Position numbers and translations under genes: made by a program. The notes under the pieces were generated by a model that saw nothing but the letters and a program-made list of their open reading frames with translations, did not search any database and was not told the DNA's origin. 64,000 bases of DNA from Sphaerodactylus townsendi (taxonomy: Eukaryota), in NCBI RefSeq assembly GCF_021028975.2, contig NC_059430.1, positions 74,524,001 to 74,588,000 of the forward strand, in the 5' to 3' direction. Shown one piece after another: positions 62,703-64,000 of this stretch; within the stretch, counting starts at the first letter, position 1; each line of letters begins with the position of its first letter.

Positions 62703-64000
62703 GTTGCAAGGCATAGCACCAACAACCAATGGAAGACCAGGGGATGGGGACATGGGAAAGCGGCCATTGGTGGAAACCTCTCTGAGTAAGAATCACCATA
62801 AAACCACAGAGCTTCCAGCAGTACCGAGACGGGGCACCCTATGTGAGACACTTTTGTCAGTGGAACAGAATGTTCCTCCCTTCCCGCACTGCAGCCCAGC
62901 GATCTCCCAGAAAGGCTGCTGCTAGGGGATAGGAAATCCTTAAGTACAGCATAAAAGACAAATAAGGAACTGCAACAACAAGAAGAAACTGGTAGAAATT
63001 ACTTCTGCCTTTTTGTTAGTAAAAAATTTAGACTGGATCCAATCCTAAGTGTGAATCCTAAAAACACTTTCTTGGAAGTGAGCCCCACTGAACAGGACCA
63101 TCTTAACAGCATTATAAGCCCTCAGACAAAGGAGCGCACTGGAACCCCTGCCTATACACACACAGGAATAAAAATGTAGTGCGTGAAATATGTACATATA
63201 CATGCACATGTGGTTGCAGAGGTGATTGTGATACTAAATTAGAGATGAATGCCTGTGTCCACTTGTTATAAAAATTAACATTAATATTGTACATTATCTT
63301 TAGTAAAATATAGGCTAAACACATATATTCTAATAATAAATCTGTATAGCTTAGTATAGTATAGTATTTATTTATTGACAGCAAGTCACAACACACATAG
63401 ACTTGCCTGGGGTTCCAATGCTTGTGGGGCCCCAGGCAACTGCCCAGTGGGCCCATGTATTAAGATCGTCCTGCCACTGAATAAAACGGGACTTCTTAGG
63501 TTTGCTCCTGAAGTCAGGCATCTAGAAGACTGGTCCAGAAGAACTAGCATAAGAAGACATTAGGGGAATCAGCCTCAGCTGACCTGCACCTCCCCTTGCT
63601 CACTTCTTTCCCAGGCCATGTGGGAAGATTTTTTAACATTCCTGTCTACACCTCCACAACAAAAAGGCCTAAAGATTTTTTTCAATTAAAACTAAGAAAT
63701 CAGACAAGAGGCTCAATGTATTTCTGAGTGGGCATTACTCCCTATACCCTCTGTAACTACTGTCTTTCTCCGAGGATGCCTGCTACAAGGTGTGCATTCT
63801 ACAAACTCATATTTATCCACCCTCCACTTTAAGCTTTTGCCTAAAGGAAGCAAGTAGTAGTGCATCAACCATGTCTACAAAATGTTCTTGATATGCGCAG
63901 ATTTCAGCCCCTCCCTCCAATTTTGGAGGCTTAGAAAGATATAGAGGTTTTTTCCGGCAGGAGTTAAGTGCCCACTGTAAGTAAGGACCTATAGAATCTT

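Overview
Vertebrate genomic DNA, almost certainly squamate and probably gecko. This is inferred from Squam3-like CORE-SINEs, 5S-derived SINEs, R4/Dong, Penelope, CR1, L2 and hAT/Harbinger MITE content. The window is mostly intronic or intergenic and rich in repeats. I could not recognise any host protein-coding gene. The only strong host-gene signal is a CpG island at about 60390-60930 with a minus-strand first exon ending in a perfect GTAAGT donor. The best-supported content is transposon architecture: six PIF/Harbinger-type MITEs with 3-bp TSDs, several hAT MITEs with exact 8-bp TSDs, a decayed hAT transposase, a ~4 kb R4/Dong retrotransposon nested in a CR1, and L2 and RTE-X-like remnants. 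There are also Penelope-like inverted repeats carrying minimal hammerhead ribozymes. The most unusual locus is 43665-43969, a young Penelope fold-back insertion with intact hammerhead cores on both strands. Its central spacer is a patchwork of three short segments matching DNA 0.4-0.8 kb downstream. Family names come from memory of consensus motifs, not from a database search, and many repeat boundaries are approximate.
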